Of a stretch of 64,000 nt of DNA, positions 45,430-58,260 are shown one piece after another. The stretch comes from the human T2T-CHM13v2.0 reference genome, Homo sapiens: assembly GCF_009914755.1 (NCBI RefSeq), contig NC_060935.1; one strand, written 5' to 3'. The notes beneath the pieces were generated by a model. That model saw only the letters and a program-made list of their open reading frames with translations. It made no database searches and was not told where the DNA came from. Within the stretch, counting starts at the first letter, position 1. Each line of letters opens with the position of its first letter. A program made the translations under genes and the position numbers.

Positions 45430-45955
45430 TCAAAATGTGCATTCCACATTGCACAAAAACTCAAAAACACAAAAACATTGAGCATGCAACAATAAGCATT
45501 TGTATTTGCTCACAAGTCTATGCATCTTCAAAACAGATGTTATCTGGGCTACACATGATTGAACTCAGGCTTATTCAGGAGTGTGTGGTTAGTTGGCAGG
45601 AAAATGAGGGGTAACTTGGTCTCAGATGCTTTTAGCTTGGATGACTTGACTCTGCTCCATGTGGTTCCATCATCTAGCATGCTATCTGGTACATGTTCTC
45701 CTAGTGATGGTGGTGCTAATGGGAGGGATGTGGGGTCCAGGAATGAAGGTAGAGGTGCACAAGGCCTCTTGAGCCCGGACTTGAGCTGGTACACAATTAT
45801 TTCTGCAGCTTTCTATTGGCCAACACAAGTCACAGGGCCAGCTCTAATTTGAAGTGTGGAGAAATAGACTCCACTTCTTAGGATGGTTTGCAAATTTCAC
45901 TAAAAGGAGCATAGATACAGAGGGAAAGATTCAGGTCCATATTTGCAATCAATCT
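45430..45955. mobile_element. MLT1-type MaLR LTR
   Basis: AATAAGCATTTGTATTTGCTCACAAGTCT...TTCTATTGGCCAACACAAGTCACAGGGCC...AAATAGACTCCACTTCTT...TTTGCAATC. Confidence 0.75.
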
Positions 45956-46564
45956 ATTAGAATCTCTTCAAAAGGAAACAGTCATAAGCAGAATAATTCT
46001 ATTATCTCTATATAAACACTATGCATAAATTAACTGCTATATCCCTCCAAAAGGGCAATGCTGGATACATAACTGAATTCAGAATGTAGAGTACTGGTCT
46101 TTTATAGGTGTACATAATGAGGTTATTTCCACTTAATACTTTCAAAAATTTTCTTTCATCTGGCATAAAGACTCTCCTGTTTATCTCCCACTAGTCTACC
46201 TCTCCAGTCTTCCCTTATCCCTCTCACCAGTCCCTCATGTAAATCCACACTGAGCTTATTACAGGAATTGGGCACTTATTCTCTCCTCTCCTCAGTCTAT
46301 TTGTTTAATCTGGCAGATATCTTCACACAAACTCTCAGCTAAAGCATATACTAGTTGGACACTTAAACATATCTTATGCTTCTTTCAGAGCTTAAGATCT
46401 TTATGTCAGCCTCCTCCACTAGATCATGAGCTCCTGCAGGAGAATTTTCCCCATTATCTCCATGGCCCCACTTCCTGGAACATAGAAGAACTTAATAAAT
46501 GTTTGATGAAGAAGGAAATGTGTCTTTCACAAAATTATCATCTGTAGTAAATGGTGTCTCATAG

Positions 46565-46566
46565 AT

Positions 46567-46609
<43 letters not shown>

Positions 46610-46612
46610 TTT
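46565..46612. repeat. (TTTA)n microsatellite
   Basis: About 12 TTTA units visible. Confidence 0.95.
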
Positions 46613-49600
46613 CCCACCAGGGCAGAACACTGTGATAAAGATAATATAACAGTGACAGAAGTAGATAGCAGATTCTATTGCCAAGAAGATTTCAGTTATA
46701 GTGGGAAAAAGATGGATCTAGAGATAAATACCATCAAGTACTATTTTTCACAGCAAATTCAAATTTGGTAGTCAACCTAGAGTGTTCGATATCCAGAAAG
46801 TTTTCTCCAGTAGAATAAAATAACAGTAGATCTTGACTGTAATTATTTTAAACTTTATTTTCATTACATTTTCTTTATATGACAGTGATTGGACAATGTA
46901 GTATACAAGATTCCTTCCAAATGTAAGAAGTAAATGAATACTAAACACACTAAACACACTGCCAATTTTAAATATAAGGTTTTGATATTTCCTCATAAAT
47001 ATGATCCTAAGAGTGGACTAGAAAAGTATAGAGCCAAAAAATTATATTGGGGTATAGCTGTGATAATAAGGACACATAGTCATCAAAGCAAATGGTGGCA
47101 ATTTAATAACAACACAATGAACAGATAATACATGCAAACTTAATAAAGAGGCAATCAATGTGACATTTAAAAGATCCAATTATATGATTTGTAATTTTAT
47201 ATGAATGTTACTCAAATGATTGGCTAGAAATAGCTATTTCCCACATGATATTTATGGAAGATATACCCAGAATTAATACTATTTCTTTGCTTGTTAAGGT
47301 TACCAAATGGAATAATTGCTAGTAAACTAAGCAGATGCTTAATGGTGACTGGTAGACAATTCCTCTAATCAATTTTGTAACCCTAATTTATGGATAAAGA
47401 TTTTGTGATAAATAAAGTGATGTTGAACCCTAAGGGCTCATCAGAATTCCATCAAGGCAGCTTTCATACATCAGTTAAACATAGTGAGGTACTGGGAACT
47501 CCTTATTCACTGACATCAACAGATAAGATTATTCATTTAGAGAGTAATGTAACTGATTATTTTATCTGGAATAAATCATTGTAAAAAATATTATTCCTGA
47601 ATATACAATTTTAAGATATTTTGTGATGTCAAAGCTGTACATAAAAATAAAATAAAAATAAAAATCTTCATGAAAAGATTTATATGCATTTTATGCATTT
47701 AAGGTTATTTAAAAGAAGAGCAAAAGTATTGTCATTATAATCATACATTAATTCACTTTTCTAACAGAGATCTTAATGTCAAGAGAAAAATTAAAATTCC
47801 GTTTACTGAGATATGTACAACACATTTGATATCTCCATCCCTAAAATAATATATTTGTAGACAAATCTTTTAATATTTCTGTTTAATGGTAATACTTTGA
47901 ATGCATCTGTATTAAGGAGACAAACTAGTACATTTTACCTTGAGTAGCCAGTGATATGAATATTTTTTACTATATTTGCCATTTGAGATATATGATCCTC
48001 TAGCTGAGGTTACAACCATTCCATAATGTATTTTATTCATTCATCCAATAACTCTTTTTGAATGCCTGATTTTTCCTGTTCACTGAGAATATCCCTAAGA
48101 ATTAAAAAAGAAAAAAAATGAAGGAAATGATAGTTCTTAAACATAACAGGCTGCTAGTTCAGTTAACATGGAAGAAATGAGACCACCATCATAGAGTATG
48201 TCCCTAAATAATACAAAGCCCTGGGTCATTCATTACATTGCAATGGATTTTTACAATCCCCTATGGGTTTTTAGGAGTGCCCAACACATCAGGAAAATGA
48301 ATATGTCTTAATACCATTTCATTGCATTTAAGACAAGATGTTTTCATTTATATTTTCAAGAAGTTGTATGTAGATTAAGATAGCAGAGGTTGTATATTTT
48401 TCAATTGTTGTCAAGGGAAGTAATAAAACACACACTGTCACTCTGAGACTGTACATTTCCAGGTTCTTCCTTAGTATAGGACTCATTGTTCAGCAAGTAT
48501 TTGCTAAGCACAAACTACAAGTGGGGCACTGGCTCTCATATTAGAAACCCAAAGAAAAATCAATGTGAGCTTTCAGTTTAACTGGGGGAGAAGGTGCAAA
48601 ATGCAAATAGCAACAACAATAAAAATACCTATTCAAATCTCAACTCTTCTGTATTTATTTCTTTTTTTATGTTTTACCAACAGCATCTTTAATATCATTT
48701 TACATTGACATATGTATTGTGTTTTTAATTGTTTTAATATTTAAATCTAATTCTGAAATCTGTAGATATATATATATATTGCAACTCTGTTGCTATATTA
48801 AGCTCTATTAGAATAAGAACATAAATATGTGAAGAAAATTACTCATAATCATCTAAGTTAATTAAGTGGAGATTTTTCTTTGCACATTTGGCGTTCTAGT
48901 CCTTAAACATATGCTTGTTCAATCTTTTACATCTAATTTCAAATTATAATTACAGATAGAATTTTATTTTTCAGATGCTTATGCAATCTGATGATACTTA
49001 ACAAACTAGTATGTTTTTGTTCATTTTTAATGAAATTATATGTATCCCAACAAACATATGTATAGACATTTATGTACAGTTTTTTTGGTTTTTGAAAAGA
49101 GGATTACAACCCTTATGTTGGTATACAACTTGATGTTCTCATATGACAATGTAATAATAAGAGCAGTACTTATAGATATAATTCAATATTTAATTAGTGT
49201 ATATGTTTTCTTTGTATACACACACACATGCACGCATTTAAAACTAAATGGCTTAAATTGTTTATCCCAGTTTGTACCACACCCTACCCTAGCATGTAAG
49301 ATCTGTAAGTGCAGATGGCCCTCATATTTATATTTCTATATCTAGGTCCTAACGCAATATGTGGCTTATAGTGAGGACCAGTAGAATATCTGAGTGAATT
49401 AATGAATGTCTGAATTATTTTCTGATCATAGATAGCACCAATATTGTTTTCATCCAGTTAAGGCTAGAAAGTAAAAACTCAACTCACTTATTCTGTTTAG
49501 ATTCTGCCAGTTTTGTTTTTAGAGAAGAGCTTTTTGGGGGTTTTTATTCTGATGATATGATAGTTTTACTACCAAGAACTGATAAAATACTTAAAATTTT

Positions 49601-51184
49601 TAAAATACCAAGAATTTATGCTTTCTTAACAGATAACACCCTCAAGATGTGAAATGTAAAATATACATATAAAACTAAGTTAAATTTCTAATTTAAAACT
49701 ATGTTCCATTTATTCACTTATTTATAGATTGCTATCACACTCCACAAAAATTAAACCCTTTACGACTCCTTCAATCTTTCATGCGAGAACATTGCAATTA
49801 GCATGGCATTTAGGAAAAAAAATCTGGGTTTCCCTGTATTTTTTACACTCTTGATTTAATAATAACTTATATGTCTCCTTCATTAAAAACTTGGAGTATT
49901 TATCACCTCTGCATTTTTATTTATTAATGCGTACATGCCTTACATATTAGTGCTGCATAATATTAAAATGTACTGCAATAGGTTCATTATAACGGAATCA
50001 TTTGCTCTAGGTACCCATTTACTTATTTAATGAGTAGATTTAGAGTTCAATATTCTTGAAGAAAGAAAGTTACTCTTTCACTTCGAAGAAATTTGGAGGT
50101 AAATTTCATTCATCAATTCAAGTAGTTATGGTTAGTAACTCCTAAATATGGTGCAGTAGGTAAAATTATGAAGACATATAATCCAAATATTTCATTGTAA
50201 TGGAAATAAATGAGGCCAAATATATAATTTATAGAAGATAAAATTTATAAATCCCTCTGAACTGACCTGATATTGTCATTTTTAAAAGTTTGCTGTGGTG
50301 GCATACTAAAAGGATCAGCAACTAGTATTGTCATTATCATCACTATTATTTTATGAAAGAAAATGTTATTTTAATATGATAAAGACAAAAAAGAAATAAT
50401 TTCAAACTATAAGATGGATCCCTATTTGAAATAAATAAGTCTGTGAAGAAGTGCCATAACTTCTTTATTATAGTATTTTTTAAGGGGAAAAGTCTGTAAC
50501 TGTTAATAGGCAATTCAGTAAACTGAATTTAGACACAGTAACCTAGAAATATTTAAATCCTTTAAAATCCATCTATATTAATGCCTCTGGTGTTTGAAGA
50601 TTACGACTAGAGAACTTTATAGAAAACAATGTGAAAAACTCAAAGGAACAGACAAAATATTGGTTGGGTTTAAATCCACATTTTATAAAAAGACAGGCCT
50701 TTATTCAGAATGTAGATATTTTTATTTTATTGTGTCTCTTTCCTTATCAAATGCTGAGATAAGATCTGTTCACCAGCAAACTGAAGATTAAAAGCAGCAA
50801 TATGAAAAAACCTAGTCTGGAGTATGCTTTGCAGAAACACTTTCAATATACAGTTGGCAAATGACAATGAGGGATAATGCAGAAAAATAGAACCAAAAGT
50901 TTTAAATATGACACAATGCTCAAGAAATCTAGCTGCCTATCATTATTTAATGTTGAAACAAAAGTCCAGGTATTGTAATCCATTCTGAATGAATCATTGA
51001 GTGATATTTTCAAATTTTTTGAATTACTTTGTAAAATTCATCATTAAAGGAAGTTGTAAATAATAAAATAAATCATTTTTAGTGCCCTTCACCTTACACC
51101 AACAAAAAAATCTGGCTTCGCTTTTGCCTAGTCTGGGTGGGAGTTTTTTGTAGTTTTGTTAAATTTTATTTTATAATTATTTCT

Positions 51185-51530
51185 GGTTAGACAAATTTGA
51201 GACAATAGCACTGAGAGTTTTCATACACTCCACAGCTAGTTTCCTTTATTATTGACACCTTACATTTGTATGATTCTTTAGTCACAGTTAGTAAATCCAT
51301 ATTGATACATCATAATTAACTAAAGTCCATACTTTGTTCAACATTTTTAAATGTTTATCAAATATGTCTTTTCTGTTCCAGGATCTACTTCAGGATACCT
51401 TATTACATTTTTTAAAATCATATAACCTAAGGCACCTATTGGCTGTAATAGTATCTCAAATTTTTCTTCTTTGTGATGACATTTTTGAGGAGTACTTGCC
51501 AGGTTTTTTAGATGACTCTATAGTTAGAAT
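51185..51530 (-). mobile_element. L1MB/MC 3'UTR relic
   Basis: ATTAACTAAAGTCCATACTTT...TTTCTGTTCCAGGATC...TTTTGAGGAGTACT. Confidence 0.7.
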
Positions 51531-53040
51531 TTAACAATTAAACTTTAATATCTCAATTGGCATTTAAAAATAAACTTTACATTTAACAAACTCAATGGAA
51601 AACATTAAATGAGACTTTTCATATTTCATATAAAAATCATTTATAAGTATTGGCACACAAAATAATTAGGTAAACCTGTTTTACATTTAAGACATTACAG
51701 TATCCAATTTTCTGAGTGTACCAAGTTATGGTTGGGAGATGAGGAATCATATATATGCCTACATATATTTGTTAACTCCCATTTCCTAACGAGCATTTCT
51801 ATGCTTGAAATAAAAATATCAGAGATGGTTTGAAAACACTGGAATTCATTCTCTTTTTCTGCACAACTATCCTGGTTCAATGAGTCTTGGGCAGCAGATT
51901 GATAGAGCAAGTAGGTGATGAAAATCAAATTTGCACGGTTAAAGAAAGATGACAGTATTGGTTCTTGTGCTAACATGGGTAACTCAGATATAATAGTCCT
52001 TTGAGCCAAGAATTATCCCAGAGATAAAGTTAATGCAAAATGACAGAGAGCCTGGATCTAGAATCTCATTTTATTGAATAACTTTTGAGTCACATCTCTT
52101 AGTTCTCTTTTTTTGACAGAAAGGGAAGAGCTGATATTAAAGTAGAAGTGAAAATCCTCCAATTTGGGGCTTCCCTTTCAAATGCCAGCAATCCACCAGA
52201 GAGACGCAATGCTGATGTTTGGTCTTCCTAGGCATTGTCTTTGGAGCTTCACTTTTAATAAACATATCAAGGAAAACAGGAGTCCTATTTATGAAAAGGG
52301 AAAGCATTTACTAGTTTGTAAGAAACAGGAATTCCTGCATCTTTGGGCTGGAGTTGAATTATTTCATCCAGAAGAGTCTCAGCTGTGGTTTCCTTTTATG
52401 ATCCCCAGACTCCTTAATTAAATTCCTGATTGAATAGATGTGGAAATGTAGATGGATTACAACAGAGATTTCTCTGGAGAATGTCCTATTCAATATTAGA
52501 ACTATGCAATGGTGAATCATTGAAAATCTGTTTACATCGATAATTAGAGTTGCTTTCAGCATTGGACAGTGATTTAAGAATTATGGCATCTTTGTAACAA
52601 AGCCTCAAACACTGTAAACTATACTTAGGTGATAGGGTTTAAAACCTTCTAATATAATATATGATTACATCACTGTGTACTCATTGTAGAATCAATGGGA
52701 GAGTCCAGATGCCTCAAAGTATTGCCAAATAATAACATTTCAAATAATGAATGAACTTCCTCAATAGAGCCTCCTATTTTATTCACTCACCATTTTTTAC
52801 ATGACTGTAGCAAACTATTTTTATTTAATGTTTATATTTCCCTATAGTGAAGAATCAGGATCTGTGACCTTTGAAGTTTAAATGCAGATAACAGTGAAGT
52901 TCTTATATCAGTATGTTTGAAATTAAAATTGCCCAGAAAAATTGGGATTTTGTGATTATCTCATATGATTCACCTGCAATATCAATGAGTATTCAATAAC
53001 CTTTTCTGGCTGTGAAATTTGTATTAAATATATATATAAA

Positions 53041-53337
53041 GGACAGTCATGGTAGCTCAGGTCTGTAATCCCAACACTTTGGGAGGCTGAGTTGGGTAGA
53101 TTGCTTGAGCCCAGAAGCTTAAGACCTGCTTGGGCAACATGGCAAGACCTTGCCTCTACAAAAAATACACAGATTATCTGGGCATGGTAGCACCTGCCTG
53201 TAGTCCCAGCTACTTGGGAGGCTGAGGTGGGAGGATGGCTTGAACCCAGGAGGTGGAGGTTGTCGTGAGATCGCGCCACTGCACTCCACCCCAGGTAACA
53301 GAGTGAGACTCTGTTTCAAATAAATAAATACATAAAA
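53041..53337 (+). mobile_element. AluJ element
   Basis: Full dimer, GATTGCTTGAGCCCAG in left arm, AAAT tail. Confidence 0.93.
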
Positions 53338-54889
53338 TTATGTTTATTAGGCCTTCTTCACAAATGCTAATCTCTTAGTGAGCAAACACACATAACATCT
53401 TGAGACTCTAACAGATTTCTTCCCCTCCTGTTCCATTTTTCATTTTGATCTAGGCTTTCGTGGTTTTTTTGTTTGTTTGTTTGTTTCTATTTTTCATTAC
53501 TCCATTGTCAGTAAATTGACTTGTTCTCAGCCTTACCTCTTTCCTGTTGCAATATGCCCAATACAGCTCTAGGCACTGTCTTTACGTAGTTATGTCAAAT
53601 GCAGGGAAGAAGTGAGAAGTCAAATGTCTTTTATGGTTCTTTCTTTTGTCAAGGAGAAAATTCTGTTCACTAATGTTCTCTATAGAGTTTCTGTGGTATC
53701 TCATTGGCCAGAACTAGATTATATGTCCCTGAATTAAAAGAACTTCGCTTACTCATCTGAAGGGAATAGTTGTTGGGAAAGAAGAAAACAGTGGCTGCTC
53801 AAATTATGTTTCTTGAGGGAAGATAACTTATCTGATTTCTTAGCCTCATATCACTAATGTCGAGGCTTTTAATAAACATGTTATATTAATGAACAAATAT
53901 GTCATGCAGTAGGTAGCAAAACTTATCAAAGCAGTATTCAAGAATATCTGACCAAGAGTATCACATGTATCCTCTGCTTTTGAAAATGATCTCACAGATC
54001 ATCTTTAGTATGACTTTTAAGTCATCTCACACCGAGTTGAGTAGAGGAAGAACTACGACTCAATATGTTCTTCCTAAGATTAGATTAAGCCCTTGGCTTA
54101 TCTGTACAAGGATAGAGAACTAAATGGAAGAATTGACCAAAGCGATTATAAATTTATTCAGCATATCTCACAATATCTTCCAGTAGACCTGATGGTCCCT
54201 AACAGAGACACATGACTATCAGTGACTTTATCCACACTTGACAGGGCTCTTTCAGGAATCCTCTGAACCTTAAGCCAAATTCTGTGTCAAGAAAACACAT
54301 CTCTTTCCAAGAGTTGAGTGGGAAGACTAATGTGGAAGTCAGTGTCCAAGCATTCAGGGCCACTAATTGTAACTACCAACAAACCAGAAAGCAATATTGA
54401 CCCAAAATGGCAAATAAATATTCAGCAGGAAACTTCTTGAATAGAAATTTCAATTTTTGGATCAATATAATAATTTCCTGATCTGAATTTCTTTGAATGT
54501 AAAATAACAATAGAGTTTTAAAATTATCACTTCTAAATAAAATAAATCATAAATGCTACTTCCTATTTTTTTTACTTTCACTGCTTACTTTCTTATATAT
54601 ACTAATTTGCCTATTTACATTGATATGCAAAAATGAGCTGAAGACTAGCATTAAATATTCCTGAGAAAATATTTATTTCTTTATCATCAGGTTGTGTAAT
54701 ATTGTGTAATTGGCTTATCTTTCCTGTGTCTCAGTATAACAGCCTTGGAGATGTGCCCATCAGATCTCACTTTACTGGGTCCTCCTTCCCTGCCAGTCAG
54801 TGACTGAGCCAGTTTCCAAACTCTTGTATCACTTCTTGTTTTCTTGGACCACTTGAAGTGGTCCAAGCTCTGTAGGGAGGGTTGAGTTC

Positions 54890-55920
54890 CTGGACATTGA
54901 ACTTGTGCATTTGCAAAGGGGCCCACATTTGATAAAATGTTCTGCTCTCAACCTCTTAAAATTATTATTATTATTATTTTTTTTTTTTTTTTGAGATGGA
55001 GTTTCACACTGTCACCCGGGCTGGAGTTGTGCAATCTCAGCTCACTGCAACCTCCGCCTCCTGGGTTCAAGCAATTCTCCTGCCTCAGCCTCCCTAGTAG
55101 CTGGGATTACAGGTGCCCACTACCACGCCCAGGTATTTTTTTGTATTTTTAGTAGAGGTGGTGTTTCACCATGTTGGCCAGGCTGGTCTCGAACTCCTGA
55201 CCTTGTGATCGGCCCACCTCAGCCCCCAAAGTACTGGGATTACAGGCGCGAGACACCGCACCCAGCCTTAAAATTCTTAATAATTATATCGTTGAACTTA
55301 TTTATGTTGGGTAAGCGAAGGCCTATGGGATAATGAAGCATGCATGTCCCCTCCTTAAGGAATCCTATTATATCCTTTCTTATGCATGTTACTTTCCTGT
55401 ATTAATCAAACCTTTAAAGTTAAAAGTATAAAAGAAGGCAAAGGAAAGATAGGGCAAATCATAGCTCCTGTTTTTATTGCTTCTTTCTTGTAAATGAAAA
55501 AACATTCTGGTAGAACATGCAGGTATCAAGAAGTGAAATAAAAAGTGAAATTGGTTTTGTGCAGTGCTTCCACTCTTCTGGGAACAAATTGTATATACAT
55601 ATGCAAGCTACAAAAATAGGTATTGTGTAATTGCAGTGATTTTGTATACAAATTATGAGCTCTTACATTATGTTTGAAACTGGCACTGCACCAAATAAAT
55701 ATGAATGGTAATGCTAACTATTTAAATTTTATTTTTTCCATAAGTAGAACCACATTAAATAGCAAATTAAGCAAAATAAAGAAACCTTTATAGCATGTTG
55801 AGAGAGGATGTGGGAGAAAAAAATGCTTTATATATCTTAGTTTGTTTAATGGCTCATTTTTCTTAAACAAGGGACCCCACATTTTGATCTTGCAATGGAC
55901 CCTACATATTATAGAGGTGG
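54890..55920. mobile_element. hAT-Tip100 (Zaphod/MER91-like) DNA transposon, interrupted by an Alu
   Basis: GTGCATTTGCAAAGGGGCCCAC...CTTAAAATTCTTAATAATT ... AACAAGGGACCCCACATTTTGATCTTGCAATGGACCCTACATATTAT. Confidence 0.6.
54968..55267 (-). mobile_element. AluS element
   Basis: Full dimer on minus; TSD TTAAAATT(A/C)TTA at 54956-54967 and 55268-55279. Confidence 0.96.
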
Positions 55921-55989
55921 TTTTGTTTACATATTTAGATGTGCTGGCCCCCAAAGGGAGAACACTCCTATAAGAGGATACAACAAAGC

Positions 55990-57010
55990 TTCCGTTGGGC
56001 TACATGGTATGGCAGCAACAAAGGAACTTTGAATTACTGACATCCAGTGATCATCAGGTGAGAAGGAGAGTTAATGTCTTCTCAAGGGTGATTGACACTA
56101 ATTACAGGCTAAGACATTTATATGATGGGGACAAGCAGAGATATGTGTAGAACCAAGGGGATCCATTTGGGCCTCTCTAGGCATTTCCTTGCTCATTGTG
56201 ACTATGAAAAGAGACTTGGAGCAGTCACCTCCTGAGAAGAGTAGCAAGTCTCAGTTAACTCAGGAATGAAAGTTTGCTCTATAGTACCAGATAAGCCAGA
56301 AAGCTCTGCCACGGGGATAGCTGATGCTGAGAATTATTTGGAATAGATAATGGAGGAAGGAAATAAAGGTTATTTTTCATAGCACCAAGATTAATAGCAA
56401 CTACTAGTGCTATAATTCATCTTCTTTCCTCATGTCTTAAGTTTTTTCTGAAGAAGATAGTTTCATGGGAACTATGGACAAGCAGCTCTCTGAACATACA
56501 TGGATCTGTGCAGTGCCAGAGATGAACTGTAGAAGCCAAGGAATGCACTCTCACATTTACACTCAGCAGGACATTTCGTGAGGAGAACAGCTGACTGACA
56601 GCCTTCAGCTATGACATTCTGCTAATGTCACACTTTCTTTGGGCTGCTTCCAGCCAATGTCTGAGGACAAAAGGAGTATAAGATGAGTCCTTCTGGCCTA
56701 AGACCAGACTTTCCTAACTGGCAACTTTTTCTTGGAGAAATCTCATTGGCCTGTCCAACGGTGTATCGTAACTGTGGCATAGGACTTTTTTACCCATATC
56801 TCCCTTCTTCCCTCTCCCTTCCTCCATCCCTCCCTTTCTTCCTTCATTCACCTTCCTTCACCCTTTCACAAACATCATAGCTGATCTTCAGCTTAAGTCA
56901 CTTAGTGCCTACTTCTGTTCCTTCTTTCTCTTCACAAGTATTTTCTTTAAAAAATCTCTCGTACATCTAATTCTATTTGGCACTACATTGACTGAGGACC
57001 CAAATGAACA
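55990..57010 (+). mobile_element. ERVL internal 3' fragment plus LTR16-like LTR (~56528-57010)
   Basis: ACCAAGGGGATCCATTTGGG...CTCAGGAATGAAAGTTTG...GGAGGAAGG (ERVL 3' internal); CAGCTGACTGACAGCC...GGCTGCTTCCAGCCAATG...GAGGACCCAAATGAACA (LTR16-like). Confidence 0.6.
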
Positions 57011-57029
57011 AATTCAGTTACATCTTTAA

Positions 57030-57655
57030 AAACTAGTTCAACCATTGTGGAAGTCAGTGTTGCGATTCCTCAGGGATCTAGAACTAGAAACACCATTTGA
57101 CCCAGCCATCCCATTACTGGGTGTATACCCAAAGGACTATAAATCATGCTGCTATAAAGACACATGCACACGTATGTTTATTGCGGCACTATTCACAATA
57201 GCAAAGACTTGGAACCAACCCAAATGTCCAACAATGATAGACTGGATTAAGAAAATGTGGCACGTATGCACCATGGAATACTATGCAGCCATAAAAAATG
57301 ATGAGTTCATGTCCTTTGTAGGGACATGGATGAAATTGGAAATCATCATTCTCAGTAAACTATCGCAAGGACAAAAAACCAAACACCACATGTTCTCACT
57401 CATAGGTGGGAATTGAACAATGAGAACACATGGACACAGGAAGGGGAACACCACCCTCTGGGGACTGTTGTAGGGTGGGGGGAGGGGGGAGGGATAGCAT
57501 TAGGAGATACACCCAATGCTAAATGACGAGTTAATGGGTGTAGCACACCAGCATGGCACATGTATACATATGTAACTAACCTGCACATTGTGCACATGTA
57601 CCCTAAAACTTAAAGTATAATAATAATAAAATTAAAAAAAATAAAAAAATAAAAA
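57030..57655 (+). mobile_element. 5'-truncated young L1PA (L1PA2/3-like)
   Basis: Near-consensus ORF2 C-terminus (ORF 57045-57416) and 3'UTR ending CCCTAAAACTTAAAGTATAATAATAATAAA plus A tail. Confidence 0.96.
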
Positions 57656-57739
57656 TAGTAGTCAAATGACAGCATCTATAATATAACTATGTGTAAAACC
57701 TATTGGTACATTCGTTGTGTAGACTAATATGTTCACTCC

Positions 57740-57890
57740 TTAAAACACCATGATGATATAGCTACTAATACCAATTTTAAAACAAGAGAGATTGAGCTCA
57801 GAGAGGTTAATTAAACTTCCAAGCTCATGTAGATTATAAATGAACTGGGATTCAAACATAAGGATGTACATTCCACAGTTTATTTGATTA
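57740..57890 (-). mobile_element. MIR relic
   Basis: GAGCTCAGAGAGGTTAA...CCAAGCTCATGTAG...GAACTGGGATTCAAAC. Confidence 0.7.
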
Positions 57891-57946
57891 CTACTCACTC
57901 TTATGAGACAATTCACAGCAATGACAGTGCAACCATAAAAAGGTGT

Positions 57947-58260
57947 CGCCAGGTGCAGTGGCTCACGCCTGTAATCCCAGAACTTTAGGAGGCTGAGGCT
58001 GGTGGATTACCTGAGGTCAAGATTTCGAGACCAGCCTGGCAAACATGGTGAAACCCCATCTCTACTAAAAGTTAAAAAAAAAAAAATTAGCTAAGCATGG
58101 TGGTGGGCTCCTGTAATCCCAGCTACTTGGGAGGTTGAGGTAGGAGTATCACTTGAACCTGGGAGGTGGAAGTTGCAACTAGCCTAGATCACACCACTGC
58201 ACTCCCAGCCTGGGCAATAGAGTGAGACTCCGTCTCAAAAAAAAAAAAAAAAAAAAAAAA
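57947..58260 (+). mobile_element. AluS element with 24-nt pure A tail
   Basis: Full dimer GGATTACCTGAGGTCA...GAGACTCCGTCTC(A)n. Confidence 0.96.
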
